A stretch of DNA of 64,000 nt from IMG/VR virus record IMGVR_UViG_3300047469_000395, positions 6,644 to 70,643 of that record; one strand, given 5' to 3'. The stretch's first letter is position 1; each line of letters opens with the position of its first letter. The DNA comes from a virus. This document shows, piece after piece, positions 43,443 through 52,800 of the stretch. Made by a program: the position numbers and the translations under genes. A model generated the notes under the pieces. That model had not been told where the DNA came from. It made no database searches and saw nothing but the letters and a program-made list of their open reading frames with translations.

Positions 43443-44033
43443 ATGTCCCAGACCACCACCATCAAAGTAGGCGAGTCCGCCAAGACCATCACGCTGCTAG
43501 AGGGTAAAGCGCTGATTTTGACCGGCGCGGCCAGTACCAGCGGCGTGGCGTACCTGCTGGATCCGGTTCTCGGTGGCACGAACTCTTCGCGCTCCTGGAC
43601 GGTGGGTGTGGGCTCGCTCGCGCCAATCGGCCCATACGAGAACACCCAAAGGATTCGCGTTGCCTGCGCTGCGGGAAGTATCGACGCCACGGTTCAGGAC
43701 GCGGTGCTGACAGTTTCGACTGTCGCACCAGGTGGCGGCCTCTGGCACGCCAGCGGCGCGCTGCCTGATTCAGTGCCGGTTGTGGTTGCATTGGGCGGAA
43801 CGGCGAACTCAGTGTATCGAGTGTCGGTAAATCCAATTGCCGGCGACAGCGTGTTGGTCGAAAGCGGCACCAGCGCCGCTGGCCCTTGGACGGCTTGGCC
43901 GAACGCCTCCGTAGGCGTGCCAGACAACTCGACCTGGTATCCAGGCGCGCCCACCGCAACACACATGCGCTTTACGCGCACGGCAGGTAGCGGCACCACG
44001 TCGCGCTACTACGTCGACGAAATCTCGAACTGA
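43443..44033 (+). CDS. Putative virion accessory/decoration protein
   Basis: T/S/G-rich beta-type composition in the head module. Confidence 0.6.
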   Translation: MSQTTTIKVGESAKTITLLEGKALILTGAASTSGVAYLLDPVLGGTNSSRSWTVGVGSLAPIGPYENTQRIRVACAAGSIDATVQDAVLTVSTVAPGGGLWHASGALPDSVPVVVALGGTANSVYRVSVNPIAGDSVLVESGTSAAGPWTAWPNASVGVPDNSTWYPGAPTATHMRFTRTAGSGTTSRYYVDEISN

Positions 44034-44045
44034 TCGGAGAGCATA

Positions 44046-45299
44046 ATGGTTTGGGATCAAAAAAACGCCGTGCTGCGCCGCCCGGCAGGGCTACAAGTCG
44101 TTGGCCAGGCATTCTCGCCGTTCATCGACCTGCAGGCACCACTCGCCGCGGCGGTGCGCTGGCAAGGGCGCATCCCGATAACCTTCGGGCCCTGGCCGCT
44201 GTCCGAATTTCGCGTCCCTGTGCGCGGCTGGTATTTGAACAACGCACAACTGCGCGTTGCGTTGCCCAAGGACTACATGATTTCTCTGTCGCTGGAGGTT
44301 ATGCAGGGAAATCTGCTGCTGGCAAGCGTCCCGATCCTGTTTGGCGGTGTTCAGTCGAAAGTCGTGGCGGCCGGGTCCGACGATCTCAACTCCGACGATT
44401 GGTGCGCGGCCAACGGCGCCATCCCCGCCGGTGCGACTGGCTGGTTGCGCTACGATGTGACGGTCGCCACGGCGGGCATTCTGTCGGTAAGCTCGTTCAT
44501 CGGCAACATGCAGGTGTCGTCAATGGGCGGATCCGGCACGTGGTTTGCGACTACCGGCGCCGCCACCGGCAACGTGAATGCTGCCGGACCAATGCCGGCG
44601 GCCGGCGGCACCGCTGTCGGCGGTGGCTTCGCGCCGCTGTGCTTGGCTGGCCTGCTGGGCAAATATGACTACCAGCGTACGTCCATGTTCATCATCGGCA
44701 ATTCGCGAGATGCTGGCGTGGAAGGCATGCAAATCGCCTGCATCAACATGAATATCCCGGTCGTCAATTTTGGCTATTCCGGCACCGGCGTGATTCAGTG
44801 GGCCGCGATCCCGCTGAACTGCCTCAAAACGGTTATGTATTGCACCGATGTCTTTATAGGCGACCCCATCAACGACCTCCGCTACGGCACGACGCTGGCC
44901 GACGCCCAAGCTGCGTACACCACGCTGATCAGCCGGGTCAAGTCAGTCAATCCGAACATCCGCATCTGGGGCAAGAAATGCCTGCCGCATACAACTTCGA
45001 CTGATGCGTGGGCGACTGTCGAGAACCAGGCGCCGAGCGGCGCTTGGTCAGCTTGGCCGGGCTCTGCTCGGGACCTGTACAACACGTGGATCGATACGCT
45101 CGTCGGTACTTCGCTGTTCGGGGTGTTAGACCCGTGCGTGGCGCTGGAGGCGGGCGGCTCGGGCGCATCCGGGAAGTGGATTCCGTTAAGCACGACTGAT
45201 GGGCTGCATGAAATCAATGCTAACTACGTGAACGAGGCGGTACTGTTCGGCCATCAGTTACTGAGCAAAGGCTTTATCCCGAACACCGGGAAGTACTAA
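44046..45299 (+). CDS. SGNH/GDSL-hydrolase-like domain protein
   Basis: FIIGNSR (block I), NFGYSG (II), PINDL (III), TTDGLH (V). Confidence 0.7.
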   Translation: MVWDQKNAVLRRPAGLQVVGQAFSPFIDLQAPLAAAVRWQGRIPITFGPWPLSEFRVPVRGWYLNNAQLRVALPKDYMISLSLEVMQGNLLLASVPILFGGVQSKVVAAGSDDLNSDDWCAANGAIPAGATGWLRYDVTVATAGILSVSSFIGNMQVSSMGGSGTWFATTGAATGNVNAAGPMPAAGGTAVGGGFAPLCLAGLLGKYDYQRTSMFIIGNSRDAGVEGMQIACINMNIPVVNFGYSGTGVIQWAAIPLNCLKTVMYCTDVFIGDPINDLRYGTTLADAQAAYTTLISRVKSVNPNIRIWGKKCLPHTTSTDAWATVENQAPSGAWSAWPGSARDLYNTWIDTLVGTSLFGVLDPCVALEAGGSGASGKWIPLSTTDGLHEINANYVNEAVLFGHQLLSKGFIPNTGKY

Positions 45300-45394
45300 T
45301 TAGGAAGGGCGCCCACTTCAGCTGTCGAAAATTTCATTATGTCGCGGCAGGGTTGCTTAAAAGAAATTTGTTTGCATTACGTTTAGGAGTGGGC

Positions 45395-45892
45395 ATGCTT
45401 ATCACCGAAACCGGCGCCGGCCTGCCGAACGCCGAGAGCTACGCCAGCGTGGCCGCCGCCGATGCGCGCTGCGCCGCCCTGGGTGTGACCGACTGGGCGC
45501 CGCGCTCGGAGGCAGACAAGGAGGTCGCGCTGCGCAACGCAACCCGGTTCATGCTGGCGACGTACCGCCAGCGCTGGGCCGGCCGCCGCGTCTACCAGGC
45601 GCAGGCGCTGGATTGGCCGCGGTGGAATGTGGTGGTGGATAAATTCCCGGTACTGAGCACCATCGTGCCGACCGAGGTGGTGAACGCCTGCATTGACCTG
45701 GCCGTTCGTGTCGCCGACGGCACCGAGCTGATGCCTGATCTGGAGCGCGCCATCAAGCAGGACACGGTCGGCCCGATCACCACGATCTATGCAGACGGCT
45801 CGCCGGAGCGGCCGCGCTACACGGCCGTCGACGGCATGCTGGCGCCGTACCTGTGTGGCTCGGGCACGTCGGGAAGGCTGGTGCGCGGATGA
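45395..45892 (+). CDS. Head-tail adaptor (DnaT-like annotated family)
   Basis: MLITETG.G..NAESYASVA, QALDWPR, VGPI..IY, MLAPYL. Confidence 0.8.
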   Translation: MLITETGAGLPNAESYASVAAADARCAALGVTDWAPRSEADKEVALRNATRFMLATYRQRWAGRRVYQAQALDWPRWNVVVDKFPVLSTIVPTEVVNACIDLAVRVADGTELMPDLERAIKQDTVGPITTIYADGSPERPRYTAVDGMLAPYLCGSGTSGRLVRG

Positions 45893-46263
45893 GCGGCTAT
45901 CCAGTGGTGAAGATCGAGGGGTGCGCTGTGCACGAGAACACCTATTCGACTGACGGCAAGGTCTGGTCGGTCACCAATCTGATAGCGCAGGCGAAAGACC
46001 TGGTGCCGTTCGACCTGCCGCTGGCGGCGATTTACCTGGGCACCGAGGTTTGGACACCGGAAGGTTCGGTCTTCGGCTTGGCATTCCACATGCGCCGCGC
46101 GATGGATGTCGATACGAGCTATCCCGTCATCATGTGCGAGAAGGGCTTCATCATGGATGGCTGGCACCGCGTGCTGCGTGCGCTGATCGATGGCAAGACC
46201 ACCATCAAGGCGGTGCGCTTCCAGAAGACACCGCCGCACGACTACCTGGAATCGAAGGCATGA
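45889..46263 (+). CDS. ParB-N-like hypothetical protein
   Basis: D.SYPVIM...GFIMDGWHRV.RA...G. Confidence 0.65.
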   Translation: MSGYPVVKIEGCAVHENTYSTDGKVWSVTNLIAQAKDLVPFDLPLAAIYLGTEVWTPEGSVFGLAFHMRRAMDVDTSYPVIMCEKGFIMDGWHRVLRALIDGKTTIKAVRFQKTPPHDYLESKA

Positions 46264-46643
46264 GCAACTACGCCGCCAAGGCCAAGAGCACCGACAAGAC
46301 GTTCCGCCGCTCCGGCCAGCTGCTGACCCTAACCTTCAAGCAGCCCGGCACCTACGTCGGCGGCGCCCAGATCCCGGGTGTACCGATCACCAAGCGCGCA
46401 TGGGGCATCGAGACCGGCGTCACCGCACACGACTTGGGCGTGGGCACGATCAACGGCACGCTGATCAAGTCGGGCGACCGCAAGATTCTGATGTCCTCGC
46501 TGGACGACACCGGCGCCGCGCTGCCAGCGATGAAAGAAGACGACCTGGTGCTGGCCGGCGGCGTGACCTACAAGGTGAAGAACATTGACAAGGTCGCGCC
46601 GGGCGGCGTGGTCGTGATGTGGCAACTGGTGGCGCGGATCTGA
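46260..46643 (+). CDS. Head closure/stopper protein
   Basis: INGTLIKSGDRKI...PGG.V; position. Confidence 0.7.
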   Translation: MSNYAAKAKSTDKTFRRSGQLLTLTFKQPGTYVGGAQIPGVPITKRAWGIETGVTAHDLGVGTINGTLIKSGDRKILMSSLDDTGAALPAMKEDDLVLAGGVTYKVKNIDKVAPGGVVVMWQLVARI

Positions 46644-47233
46644 TGGCCTCGTTCGCCCTGCAGATTCGCGCCTGGGTCGACAAGACGAAAGGCGATCTTG
46701 ACACGGCCGTGCGTTACTGCGCGCTGGCCGTGGACGGTAAGCTGATGTACCGCTCGCCGGTCGGCGACCCGACAACCTGGAAGGTGAACCCGAACAAGCC
46801 GAAGGTCTTCGGCAAGTTCAGCGCAGCCGGCCCGAAGGCGAACTGGCAACTGGGGTTCATGAGCAAGGGCGCGTCGACGTACCGGATGTCCGGCGCCGGC
46901 TACGTTGGCGGCCGTTTCCGTGGCGCCTGGATGGTTTCCATCGGCTCGCCGGACAATTCGCTCGGAAGTGTGGTCGACCCGAGCGGCAACATCACGCTGG
47001 AAGCGCACAAGGCGATCATCGCCGCGGCGAAGGCCGGCGACGTGATCCATTTCCGAAACAACATGCCTTACGCGGTTCCGCTGGAGCGAGGATGGTCGAA
47101 GCAGGCGCCGCTGGGCATCGTGGCGCTGACCGTCATCGAGTGGCAGGTGATCGTCGACAACGTGGTCAACGGCATCCGCGCCGGAACCAGCGCCGAGGAC
47201 TTCGCGCAAGGCTTCAAAACTTACGCCCTATGA
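46643..47233 (+). CDS. Tail completion protein (HK97 gp10-like)
   Basis: RSPVG, GRFRGAW, NNMPYA..LE.GWSKQAP.G. Confidence 0.8.
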   Translation: MASFALQIRAWVDKTKGDLDTAVRYCALAVDGKLMYRSPVGDPTTWKVNPNKPKVFGKFSAAGPKANWQLGFMSKGASTYRMSGAGYVGGRFRGAWMVSIGSPDNSLGSVVDPSGNITLEAHKAIIAAAKAGDVIHFRNNMPYAVPLERGWSKQAPLGIVALTVIEWQVIVDNVVNGIRAGTSAEDFAQGFKTYAL

Positions 47234-47643
47234 GCATTCCGAATATCCGTAACGCGCTGGAGACGGCGCTGGCCAGCCTGGCACCGGCCATCGACATCGT
47301 GCACGAGAACGGCGAGCGCTATGAGCCGCAAGACGGCGTGCCGTACTGCGCCGCGTACCTGCTGGTGGCCGAGCCGAGCAACCCGGTGATGGGCCAGGCC
47401 TTCCACCGCGAGGCAGGCGTGTTCCAAGTCGACCTGCAGTATCCGCTGCTGGCCGGCACGCTGGCCTGCGCGATGCGGGCCGAGCAGATCCGGTGGCTGT
47501 TCAAGCGCGGCGCCGTGTTCACCGACGGCGGCGTTGAGGTCCAGATCGACAAGACGCCCGAGATTGCCGCTGGCGCGCCGGAAGAGGGGCGCTGGCGACA
47601 AACCTGCCGCATCCGCTGGCACGCCGACATCTTCACCGAATAA
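47230..47643 (+). CDS. Tail terminator-like protein (DUF4128)
   Basis: EN..Y.P, GVFQVDL.YP...G, FKRG. Confidence 0.75.
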   Translation: MSIPNIRNALETALASLAPAIDIVHENGERYEPQDGVPYCAAYLLVAEPSNPVMGQAFHREAGVFQVDLQYPLLAGTLACAMRAEQIRWLFKRGAVFTDGGVEVQIDKTPEIAAGAPEEGRWRQTCRIRWHADIFTE

Positions 47644-47721
47644 CCACCGAAACCGCCGCAGGGCGGTTTTTTCATTCTGGCCATCCATGTGATGGCCTTT
47701 TTCTTTTCTGAAAGGCATCAC

Positions 47722-48930
47722 ATGACCTCCGCTACCGCAAATGGCATCAACACGCTACTGGTCCTGGGCAAGCAGACCGCCGAGGGCACGAAGGCGCTGG
47801 TCGGCGCCGGCCAGTTGTACCCGCGAGTGACCTCGTCGTTCGACACCGACGCCGATAAATACAGTTCCAACGAGATCGATCCAAGCCAGCAACAGGGTGA
47901 CACCCGCCTGGGCAACTTCCGCACCAGCGGCGACCTGAAAGGCGAGGCATCGTGCGGCACCTACGCGATCCTGATGGCCGCGCTGATGCGCCGCGACTTC
48001 GCCGCCGCCGGCGCGACTGCGGCCGCCGTCACCATCGCTTCGGTAGCGGATGGCTTTACCCGGACCGCTGGTTCCTTCTTGGCCGACGGCCATCGTGCTG
48101 GCACCGTGGTGCGCGCTACCGGCTTCACCGCGCCGGCTGCCGCCAACAACGGCCGAAACTTCTTCGTTACCGGCGTCACAGCGCTGAAAATCACGGGCCA
48201 ATACCTGGACGGCAGCGCTATTGTCGTCAAGGCAGCCGGTGACAACGTCGCCATCGCCGCGCCAGGCAAACGCACCTTCACTCCGCTGACCGGCCACACG
48301 ACGGACTGGTTCACGGCCGAGATCCAACAGCCTGATGTGGGCGTGTTCCGTACCTTCATCGATCAGTTGGTGAGCAAGATGGATATGGCGGTCCAGCCGA
48401 ACGGTTTGACCAGCTGCGACTTCACCTTCATGGGCAAGCGGGAAGATCCGACGCTGGGCGCCGCATACTTTGGCGCGCCGGCCGCGACACCTGCCACCGG
48501 TAAGTTTTCCGGTGCCACCGCGCTGCTGTCGGTCAACGGCATCCCGTCGCAAATCTGCACCGGCATGTCGGTATCGCTGGACGGCCAGGTGAAAATCGAT
48601 GCTGTCCTGGGAACCAAATACGCCACTGCTGCATCTCGCGGCAAGGTGGTCGGCAGCGGCCAGTTCACGGTTCTGATGCAGGACAGCACGTACCTGGACT
48701 ACTTCAAGACCGAGACCGAAGTGTCGCTGGCCTACGCCATGGCGTCGAGCAATGCGGCCCTGGCCGACGTGCTGACGCTGGCCGCCGGCCGCATCAAGAT
48801 CACTTCCGCCAAGGTCGATGACGGCGAGAAGAACAAGATCATCACCTGCCAGTTCGACATCCTGCGCTACAAGGGCACCGACGCGCAGCACGAGCAAACC
48901 ACCCTGGCCATCCAGGACACCACCCTGTAA
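47722..48930 (+). CDS. Major tail tube protein
   Basis: SNEI...Q..D.RLG, G.L.GE.S; position before the chaperones. Confidence 0.8.
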   Translation: MTSATANGINTLLVLGKQTAEGTKALVGAGQLYPRVTSSFDTDADKYSSNEIDPSQQQGDTRLGNFRTSGDLKGEASCGTYAILMAALMRRDFAAAGATAAAVTIASVADGFTRTAGSFLADGHRAGTVVRATGFTAPAAANNGRNFFVTGVTALKITGQYLDGSAIVVKAAGDNVAIAAPGKRTFTPLTGHTTDWFTAEIQQPDVGVFRTFIDQLVSKMDMAVQPNGLTSCDFTFMGKREDPTLGAAYFGAPAATPATGKFSGATALLSVNGIPSQICTGMSVSLDGQVKIDAVLGTKYATAASRGKVVGSGQFTVLMQDSTYLDYFKTETEVSLAYAMASSNAALADVLTLAAGRIKITSAKVDDGEKNKIITCQFDILRYKGTDAQHEQTTLAIQDTTL

Positions 48931-49056
48931 TTCAGCGCCGGCGCCGCCGGCATCCCACTTCGGCGCAAGCCACCCCAGCACCGACCGGTCGCTGTCGCCT
49001 TCGCGGGCGCAGCGGCCGGCACGGGCACCTATTTACCCGCGAAGAAAGGCAACATC

Positions 49057-49557
49057 ATGAACCTGAACACCGCTCAAACCATCGCCGCCATCGGCTTCGA
49101 TATCTCCAACCTGACCGCCGTCGATACCGCGCCGGTGACTCATAAGGTCGACGTGCTGTTCGACGAAGACGGCAACGCCACTGCCGGCTTCGTCATCGTC
49201 GGCAAGAACAGCCCCGAATACCAAGCCGAGAGCCACGCCGTCCGCGCCGAAGGCTACAAAAAGTCGGCCGTGCGCAAAACCGCGATCGACGCGAAGACCG
49301 ACGAAGGCGCAAGCAAGCTGGTTTCCGTCATCGACGGCAACGCCACCCGCCTGGCGATGTCCGTGGTGGTGGACTGGTACGGCTTCACCAGCGCCGGCGC
49401 GCCGGTGCCGTTCGACAAGAAGTTGGTCGCTGCAGCGTTCGCCAAATTTCCGACCTGGGAAGACAAGGTGAACGCCGCGCTGGAGGTCGACGCCAATTTT
49501 TTGAAAGTCTCGTCGCCGCCCTCGTCGCCTTCGCCGACCACCGGTTCGAGCGACTAA
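49057..49557 (+). CDS. Tail assembly chaperone (gpG-like)
   Basis: Between tube and tape measure; ANFL at the slippery site. Confidence 0.8.
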   Translation: MNLNTAQTIAAIGFDISNLTAVDTAPVTHKVDVLFDEDGNATAGFVIVGKNSPEYQAESHAVRAEGYKKSAVRKTAIDAKTDEGASKLVSVIDGNATRLAMSVVVDWYGFTSAGAPVPFDKKLVAAAFAKFPTWEDKVNAALEVDANFLKVSSPPSSPSPTTGSSD

Positions 49558-49862
49558 AGAAAGCCGCCGACGGCAGTTCTGTCGGCGACCACGTCGACGC
49601 CGCCAAGCGCCACCCGCTCTACAAGGCGGAAGCGGCGCCGGCGGCGCCGGAACTGCCGTTCGAACTCGCCTACATCTGGGACTGGTTCCTGAAGCTCAGT
49701 CGCAAGCGGCAGAGCGGCATGGGACCAAACCCCATCACCAGCGAAGAGATCTTCTACTGGTGTGCCCGACAGGGCATTTCCTTCACCCCCTTTGAAAACA
49801 GCGTCATCGACCGCCTCGACGACCTGTACCTGTCGCACCAATACACGAAGAAGGATAAGTGA
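49497..49862 (+). CDS. -1 frameshift extension of the chaperone (gpGT-like)
   Basis: T-TTT-TTG at 49497-49503; -1 frame open (..YIWDWFLKLSRKR..GMGPNPI..) to a TGA overlapping the TMP ATG. Confidence 0.8.
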   Translation, partial: FFESLVAALVAFADHRFERLKKAADGSSVGDHVDAAKRHPLYKAEAAPAAPELPFELAYIWDWFLKLSRKRQSGMGPNPITSEEIFYWCARQGISFTPFENSVIDRLDDLYLSHQYTKKDK

Positions 49863-52800
49863 TGCCAGATATCGCCACCCTGGGCCTTGAAGTCAACTCC
49901 TCGCAGATCGTCGACGGCAAGAAGGCCATGGATTCCATGGCTGATGCCGCCGTCAATGTCGAGCAGAAAGTCGGCGGCGCCACCAAGGCCGTCGACAGCA
50001 TGGGCGAGGCAAGCGTCAAGGTCTGGCGGTACGGCACGGATGCAGCAAAAGGTGTGGATGCGTTGGGCGATGCAACCGAGCGCACCGGCCAACGCGCGCA
50101 GGTCACCAATGGCCAAATGAATGACACGGCCGAAATCATGCGCTCGCAGGCAGCGGCGGCAAAGGCGGCGGAGGACGCCAATAACAAGTTTCTGGCGTCG
50201 CTCGAGCGTGAGATCGCCGTCTTCGGCATGGGGCGCGGCGAGTTGGAGCGCTACACGGCCGCCGAGCTGGGCTTGGGCAGCGCGGCGCAGACCAAGGCGA
50301 TGGCGCTGGGCATGTCGATCGATGCGCTGCACCGTGAGGAGGCTGAGATGCGCGCGCTGGCTGCGGCGCAGGACAAGGCGGTGGCATCGGGTGATGCATT
50401 CATCAAGAAGCTGCAGGAGCAGGTCGCAACGCAGAACCTCTCCAGCAAAGAGATGGTCGCCTACCGCGCCTCGCAACTGGGCGTCGCCGATGCCGCCGGG
50501 CCGCTTATCGCGCAGCTGAAGGACACCAAAGGCCACATGGATGGCTTTTCGCTGTCCTCGGTCGGCGCGCGCCGCGAACTGCTGGTGCTGGCGCACGAAC
50601 TAAGCCAGGGCAACTACTCGAAGTTCGGCGGCTCCATGATGGTGCTGGGTGAGCAAACCGGTGCCGCCGGCTTGCTGTTCAGCGCGACAGGTGCCGCAGC
50701 GCTGGCTTTTGCCGGCGTGCTGGCAGCTGTGGGGTACGCCTTGATCAAGGGCGCGTCGGACCAGAAGCACATGAACGATGCACTGGTGATGACCGGGAAC
50801 TATGCCGGCGTGACCAGCGACAAGCTGAACGACCTGGCGCACGCCGCAGTGGAGGTCGGCGGCAGCTTAGGGGAAGCCAAGAAGGTCGCAACCGAGCTTG
50901 CTGGAAGCGGCAAATTCACAGGCGACCAGATCGGCTACATCACCGAGGCAACCGTCGCTTGGGAGCATGCCACTGGCATGTCCGTCAAAACCATCATCAA
51001 GGATTTCGAGTCGCTGGCGGTGCAATCCACCAGCACCGGCACCCGCGCAACTGAGGCTATCTCGCGCGCGACCCTGAAGCTGGACGACCAATATCACTTC
51101 TTGACCGAAGCCGTGTACGAGCAGATCCGCGCGCTGGAGAAGGAAGGCGACGCAAAGGGCGCATCGGCGCTCGCCACTGAAACGTTCGCGAAGATCACCC
51201 ATGACCGCGCCGAAGCGATCCTGGAAAACCTTGGCTCGATCGCGCGCGGCTGGAATGCCGTCAAGGAGGCCATCGGCCAAGCAGGTGACGCCATCGGCGC
51301 GTTTGGTGCACGCGCAACTCCGGCTTCTGAGGTCGCAAAGCAAAGCACGCGCCTGCGACTGTTCGATGAGGGTATCGCGGATTCGAACAAGCAGTTGGGT
51401 CGGCCTGCTGATTCGATGAACGCGGACCTCGCTGCCGCCCGAAATCGTATCGTCCTTCAACTGACGGACGCCGTGTCGAAACTGAACGAGGCCGATGCCG
51501 CGGCAATCGCTCAAGGCAAGGCCGCCGCCGCGCAATCGGCCGGCGCGCATGCGGCGTCGATGCTGGCCGCGAACGATGCCAAGCACTTGAAGGAGACGAA
51601 GCTGGAACTGGCGCTCGCTTCGAACAAAGAATATGAGGCGGCCGTGCGCGCTGCAAATCCGGATAGCCCACTGATCACCCAGCAAGCGATCGAAGAGCGT
51701 CGCCTGAAAACCATCAAGGACAACACGGATAAAACACCAAAAGCGAAGGTCGACCAGGTGGAGAGCACCGAGCTGGCCGACCGGCTCGCGCGCATCCAGG
51801 ATCTGGTGAACGCGGACAAAGAGATGTACGACACCATGTCCAAGATGGAGGACATGTTCCATGCCGCTGGGAAGATGGGCGACGAGGAGTTTTACCAGTT
51901 GAAGCGCGACCACATTATCGCTGCCGGCCAGGATCAGGCCTACGGGTACACCCAGCAGATCGCGGAACTGAAGGCGTACCACAATGCCACGGCCGCAGAG
52001 GCGGCAAAGCACGCCAAGCAGATCAACGACATCGACGAGAAGCGCAAAGCGGCTGACATCAAGATGCAGGATGAACTGAGCCTGCTCGATGCGAAGGAAT
52101 CTCTGCGCAAGGAGGCGGTGCTGACCGCCTCCGATGATGCGCAGAACAAGTATCTGGCCAGCCTGGACCAGGAAGCGAAGAAGCTGGAGGAGGCGAACGC
52201 AGCGCACGAAACCTCGAAAGGCGCCGTCGAGCGCGAAACCATCGCACGCCTGGATCTGGCGATCGCATACCAGAAGCAGTTCATCGCCGACCAGGCCAAC
52301 TCCGGCGCCACGGCCGAGGAAATCGCGCAAGCTCCGGCCATCTTGAAATATCTGGAAGACGTGCGCGCCGCCCGCGCGCGCATTGCCGCTGGTCTTGATC
52401 AGCAGCAGGCAATTCAGTACAAGGACAAGGCGGCCGACCAGGCGATCAAAGACTGGCAGCGCGCGGGCCAAAGTATTGCTGACAGCCTGACCACGGCGTT
52501 TGGCGAAGGGGGAAAGGCGCTTGGGCAGATGTTCCAGGCATATGCCAAAGGCGTCGAGGGGCAGCTGCGCGCGCAGAAGGATCTGGCCGCTGCCAAGAAG
52601 CTCGCCGAGGATAATCCAGACAAGATCGCGGCCATCAACCGCGCCCAGCTGGCCGGCGCGCAATCTCAGATCCAGGGCTATGCAGGTATGACGGCCGCTG
52701 CACAGGGCTTCTTCGCGGAAGGCTCGCGAGGCTACCAAGCCATGCACGCCGCCACGGTCGCGCTGCAGAGCGCCGAGGTTGCGCTGAGCCTGATCAAGGG

